From: Candidatus Harpocratesius repetitus
Lineage (GTDB): Archaea > Asgardarchaeota > Lokiarchaeia > Sigyniarchaeales > Promethearchaeaceae
Assembly (NCBI GenBank): GCA_021498095.1
Contig: JAIZWK010000001.1
Coordinates: forward strand, 210,001-242,000
Direction of reading: 5' to 3'
DNA length: 32,000 nt
Each line of letters opens with the position of its first letter. The first letter of the stretch is position 1. The position numbers and the translations under genes are program-made. This document shows positions 29,098 to 32,000 of the stretch, in pieces. The notes beneath the pieces are model-generated. The model was not told where the DNA came from. It was given only the letters and a program-made list of their open reading frames with translations, and did not search any database.

Positions 29098-29553
29098 TTA
29101 AAGCCATCCTTGGATAGACCAAGTAAATTTTTCAGCCAAAGTCATCCGAATTTCAACTTTATTCGCAAGAGTAAACCCTGTGATAAGAGAATGAGCACGG
29201 TTATCTTTTAATTTTTCATGATTTTTTATGGGTTGATGAATAACATCTAAAGGTTGAACAGAACGAACCTGAAAAACCTCGCTCTGAATAACACCGTAAT
29301 TTGTTGATTCTTTTTTACCACGTTTAAGGGTTTCTTCAGCTGTTGAATAACGATCCCAATCTACAGAAACACCATCCCATTTTGCAAGATATTCTTCTTT
29401 CCAAGATTTTTGAGGTTCATTGAAAACATTTTGAGGTACTTTTTGCATATTGGGGAATTCTGAATCATTTATAACAAAATTCTTGTGGATTCTTCGAAAA
29501 ATAAAATCATCATCTGGAATTATCTCAATTTCCCATTCTTCACAATTATTCAT
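29098..29553 (-). CDS. Putative ADP-ribosyltransferase-fold toxin with an R-S-H pattern (third gene of the cassette)
   Basis: DDDFIFRRIH (R20), GVSVDW (S63), YGV, VIHQP and NRAHSLITG (H121); SD-like GGGGA precedes the ATG. The CDS is well supported, but the function is inferred. Confidence 0.55.
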   Translation of the reverse strand: MNNCEEWEIEIIPDDDFIFRRIHKNFVINDSEFPNMQKVPQNVFNEPQKSWKEEYLAKWDGVSVDWDRYSTAEETLKRGKKESTNYGVIQSEVFQVRSVQPLDVIHQPIKNHEKLKDNRAHSLITGFTLANKVEIRMTLAEKFTWSIQGWL

Positions 29554-29571
29554 CAGTAAATCCCCAAAAAT

Positions 29572-30183
29572 TTAATTAGAATTGTCAAAAACTTTAAAGA
29601 TCCAATTAATAATTGAACTTTCAATAGCACTTTCAGATTCAATTTTTAAAATGCTTTTAAGAAAAGGGCTTTTTCCTACGGCAATAATAGGGTCAGATGA
29701 TGATACATGAATTACCAAAAATATGCTAGAATTTCGCCAAGTAATGTCAATTGTGCCATCTGAAATAGGAAGAAGTGAAGGAATTGGAAGAAAACTTAAT
29801 AAAGGCATTAAATTTTTCTTAATTATTCCATTATAAACATTATTGATAATCTTTTCTGATAACATGAGAATTTCTGATTCAAATGCTGGTGCGCCTTGTT
29901 CATCCCAATTTTTTTTTAGTTGTCTGAGATTTTCAATATTATTCGAAATATGTCGATAAATTTCAATAAGACGATGATTATAGTAATTAATATTTTCTTG
30001 AGAATCAGAAATATCATTTGACTGCTCCCAAGAGGGAAAAAATAGATAATAAGTATAAGGATCAAAATAATAATCAGGACTAGAATCATTATATTGCATA
30101 TCAAACCAATTTATCTTTTTATAGGAAATAAAATTATCTTGATTCTTTCTTAGATAAACATTTTTTTTAAGATCAAGCATCAT
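29572..30183 (-). CDS. Uncharacterised protein with an LxxNWDxxGA...PxxDGxIxxxW domain; putative antitoxin (second gene of the cassette)
   Basis: LRQLKKNWDEQGAPAF and LLPISDGTIDITW; its start overlaps the upstream gene's stop by 11 nt. Confidence 0.6.
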   Translation of the reverse strand: MMLDLKKNVYLRKNQDNFISYKKINWFDMQYNDSSPDYYFDPYTYYLFFPSWEQSNDISDSQENINYYNHRLIEIYRHISNNIENLRQLKKNWDEQGAPAFESEILMLSEKIINNVYNGIIKKNLMPLLSFLPIPSLLPISDGTIDITWRNSSIFLVIHVSSSDPIIAVGKSPFLKSILKIESESAIESSIINWIFKVFDNSN

Positions 30184-30952
30184 ATTTCATCTCAACACGT
30201 AAATTATTAGTTATAAGTGATTCAAATTCATTAATTATATTTGCATGTAATATTTCAAGCATTTTTTCAAATAAATTTGGTTGGATTTTTATCACAAATG
30301 AGTCAAAATCAAGGAAAAATAAATCAAATTGCTGTTTATCAGGTCTGCTATATTGAAATGCATATTGAATTGTTAAAATTGTATTATCTGTACATTTTTT
30401 TCGTATTCGAATTCGATTTTCGACTAATTCTTCGATGGGATATTTTTTTATGTTAAAAATTGGAATAAAAAACCTTTCAAAAGATGAACTGCTAATATTA
30501 TCAATAAATTCCTTTTTATTTATATATCTCAACCCAATTCTCTCAAATCGAGGAATTCGCCATATTTTCTTAAAATTATCTATTAATCTGATTATTTTTG
30601 ATTTAAATCCAATTCTGTTTTGATGATTTTTCCATGAATGGTAATTGGATATTTTTAAAGTGATTTTATTTGAAAAAATACTTACTTCATCTTCATCATC
30701 ATTTGAAAACCGCCAAATTATTTCAGATTCAAGAGGATTAGTTTCAAAACCGTCAGAATCACTTTTTCCTTGAAATAGAAGGATTTGTGAAATGAATTCT
30801 TTATGAGCATATGGATATTGATCTTGGATTCTTTCCTGAAATTGTGCAATTTTATTATTTATATTCAATATCAAAGGATAACGAGCTTCAAAAATAACTT
30901 CATGCAAAATTGATTTTTGATAAACACGATTTGATTCATTGCTCATAATCAT
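30173..30952 (-). CDS. TIGR04255-family protein (first gene of the cassette)
   Basis: YQKSILHEVIFEARYP, FQERIQDQYP, RIGLRYIN, FLDFDSF and LHANIINEFESLIT follow the family pattern as I recall it. The start is more likely ATG 30952 or 30946 than the track's 31042. Confidence 0.75.
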   Translation of the reverse strand: MIMSNESNRVYQKSILHEVIFEARYPLILNINNKIAQFQERIQDQYPYAHKEFISQILLFQGKSDSDGFETNPLESEIIWRFSNDDEDEVSIFSNKITLKISNYHSWKNHQNRIGFKSKIIRLIDNFKKIWRIPRFERIGLRYINKKEFIDNISSSSFERFFIPIFNIKKYPIEELVENRIRIRKKCTDNTILTIQYAFQYSRPDKQQFDLFFLDFDSFVIKIQPNLFEKMLEILHANIINEFESLITNNLRVEMKYDA

Positions 30953-31362
30953 TATCCTTAATAAAATATATAAAGTGTAGGAAGAAAAAAGTTTTGCATT
31001 ATAATTTTTTAAATGTATTAATATATAAAACTTTATTAACATTTAATAGAGTGATAGAAAATTGGAAATCATGCATAGATTACACATTTACTATTATTCT
31101 ATCCAAATTTGAAACATGTAGATCAGAAATTTAGACCTCTTATTATCAAATTCAACAATTTTTTAACTAAAAATGATCAAAAATCGAACCATAATTATAT
31201 TTTTTTTTGCCAATTGATAATAATTCTTGGATAGATTTGATTATTGTAGGAAAAAGAAAGATAGAAATTGTAATTCAGTCAGAAATAAAGAAGTTGATAT
31301 AACTTTATATAATATATTTTTTTAATAATAAAAGAGTTAAAGACTAGTAAAATAAAATAATT

Positions 31363-31460
31363 TGGAGCCAGGTATGAGATTTGCACTCATGTAAAGAGGA
31401 TATCCGCAATACATACACGTATCCTGCAGTCCCCCGCCTTAACTACTTGGCTAACCTGGC
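31363..31460 (-). tRNA. tRNA-Cys(GCA) with a 22-nt intron at the canonical 37/38 position and encoded CCA
   Basis: Acceptor stem GCCAGGT/ACCTGGC, U73 discriminator and CCA; D-stem GCC/GGC; anticodon stem GGGGA/TCCTC; anticodon at 31427-31425; T-stem ATGAG/CTCAT. 98 nt minus the 22-nt intron gives 76 nt. Confidence 0.95.
31402..31423 (-). other. tRNA intron (GATACGTGTATGTATTGCGGAT) forming a bulge-helix-bulge-like splice structure
   Basis: C32-U33-G34-C35 pairs with intron GCGG, flanked by 3-nt bulges; intron hairpin AUAC/GUAU. Confidence 0.85.
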
Positions 31461-31532
31461 TTGTAATGAAAAAAGTTTGAAACTCATACTGATACAAAGT
31501 GGCGTGGATTTAAAATTTTATGAATTTGATGC

Positions 31533-31551
31533 TTGATAATAAACTTATCAA
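31533..31551. promoter_or_regulatory. Palindrome TTGATAA-N5-TTATCAA in the tRNA-Cys/cysS divergent promoter region
   Basis: Perfect 7-bp inverted repeat read from the sequence; function unknown. Confidence 0.3.
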
Positions 31552-31605
31552 CACGAATCTTCGCAGAGCGTAAACTTCAATTAAGATATCGTACTAGTCC
31601 ACCTA

Positions 31606-32000
31606 ATGATAACCATCTATGACGATCTCATGAATGATTTTCGGGAATTTCACACAATTCGCAACGGTTTCGTCACTATGTATGTTTGCGGGATTACAGC
31701 TTACGATTCTCCCCATATTGGGCATGCTAGGTCTGCTGTAGCATTTGATATAATTCGTCGATATTTGGAATTCCATGGTTATGAAGTGAAGTATGTGATG
31801 AATTATACAGATGTGGACGATAAAATGATTCAACGAGCAAACGAAGCTGGAACAACTATTTATGAAATTGCTGAAAAATACATTCAAGAATATGAACGCA
31901 TGCAAAAAGCACTTAGAATAAAGACACCTACAGTTCGACCCCGTGCCACACAAGAAATTCCTGACATGATAAAAATGATCCAAACTTTAGAAGAAAAAGG
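31606..32000 (+). CDS. cysS: Cysteinyl-tRNA synthetase (class I), N-terminal part; runs off the right edge
   Basis: Not in the ORF track. Manual translation gives MITIYDDLMNDFREF...MYVCGITAYDSPHIGHARSAVAFDIIRRYL...NYTDVDDKMI...PRATQEIPDMIKMI, with the HIGH motif and the Zn-ligand Cys in CG. Confidence 0.97.
   Translation, partial: MITIYDDLMNDFREFHTIRNGFVTMYVCGITAYDSPHIGHARSAVAFDIIRRYLEFHGYEVKYVMNYTDVDDKMIQRANEAGTTIYEIAEKYIQEYERMQKALRIKTPTVRPRATQEIPDMIKMIQTLEEK

Noticed and set aside
27839-30623. Track ORFs 27839..28123, 29916..30104, 30241..30456 and 30435..30623
   Set aside because: They are shadows of pgi and the cassette genes, with low-complexity AT-driven translations.
29066-31460. Complete integrative element or provirus at tRNA-Cys
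   Set aside because: I found no integrase, transposase, viral gene or duplicated tRNA 3' end in the window.
31603-31983. Track ORF of 126 aa on the minus strand
   Set aside because: It is the antisense shadow of cysS, whose HIGH motif is clear on the plus strand.

Overview
AT-rich archaeal DNA, most likely from an Asgard archaeon (Lokiarchaeia-like). This rests on a eukaryote-like ubiquitin E2, an MFS transporter with a longin-like tail, a surface protein ending IPGY-TM-RKRR, an archaeal RecJ/Cdc45-type DHH protein and a tRNA with a bulge-helix-bulge intron. Most genes are housekeeping, metabolic or cell-surface: nucleotidyltransferase, DHH nuclease, cupin, Fe-ADH, sirtuin, E2, two DUF1624-like acyltransferases flanking an LVIVD receptor-like protein, a degenerate ThiI, a 1,100-aa surface protein, a CoA-disulfide reductase/NADH oxidase, SCP2, an APH-like kinase and Pgi. 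The ORF track misses two real genes that run off the edges (nucleotidyltransferase 1282..<1, minus; cysS 31606..>32000, plus) and an intron-containing tRNA-Cys(GCA) at 31460..31363. The best candidate for an undescribed system is a tightly coupled minus-strand three-gene cassette just downstream of tRNA-Cys. It encodes a TIGR04255-family protein, then an NWD-x-x-GA domain protein with an aromatic-rich N-terminus, then a small R-S-H protein resembling an ADP-ribosyltransferase fold. This suggests a reversed-order toxin-antitoxin-chaperone-like defence module, which is inference. All family calls come from motif recognition by eye; no database searches were run.
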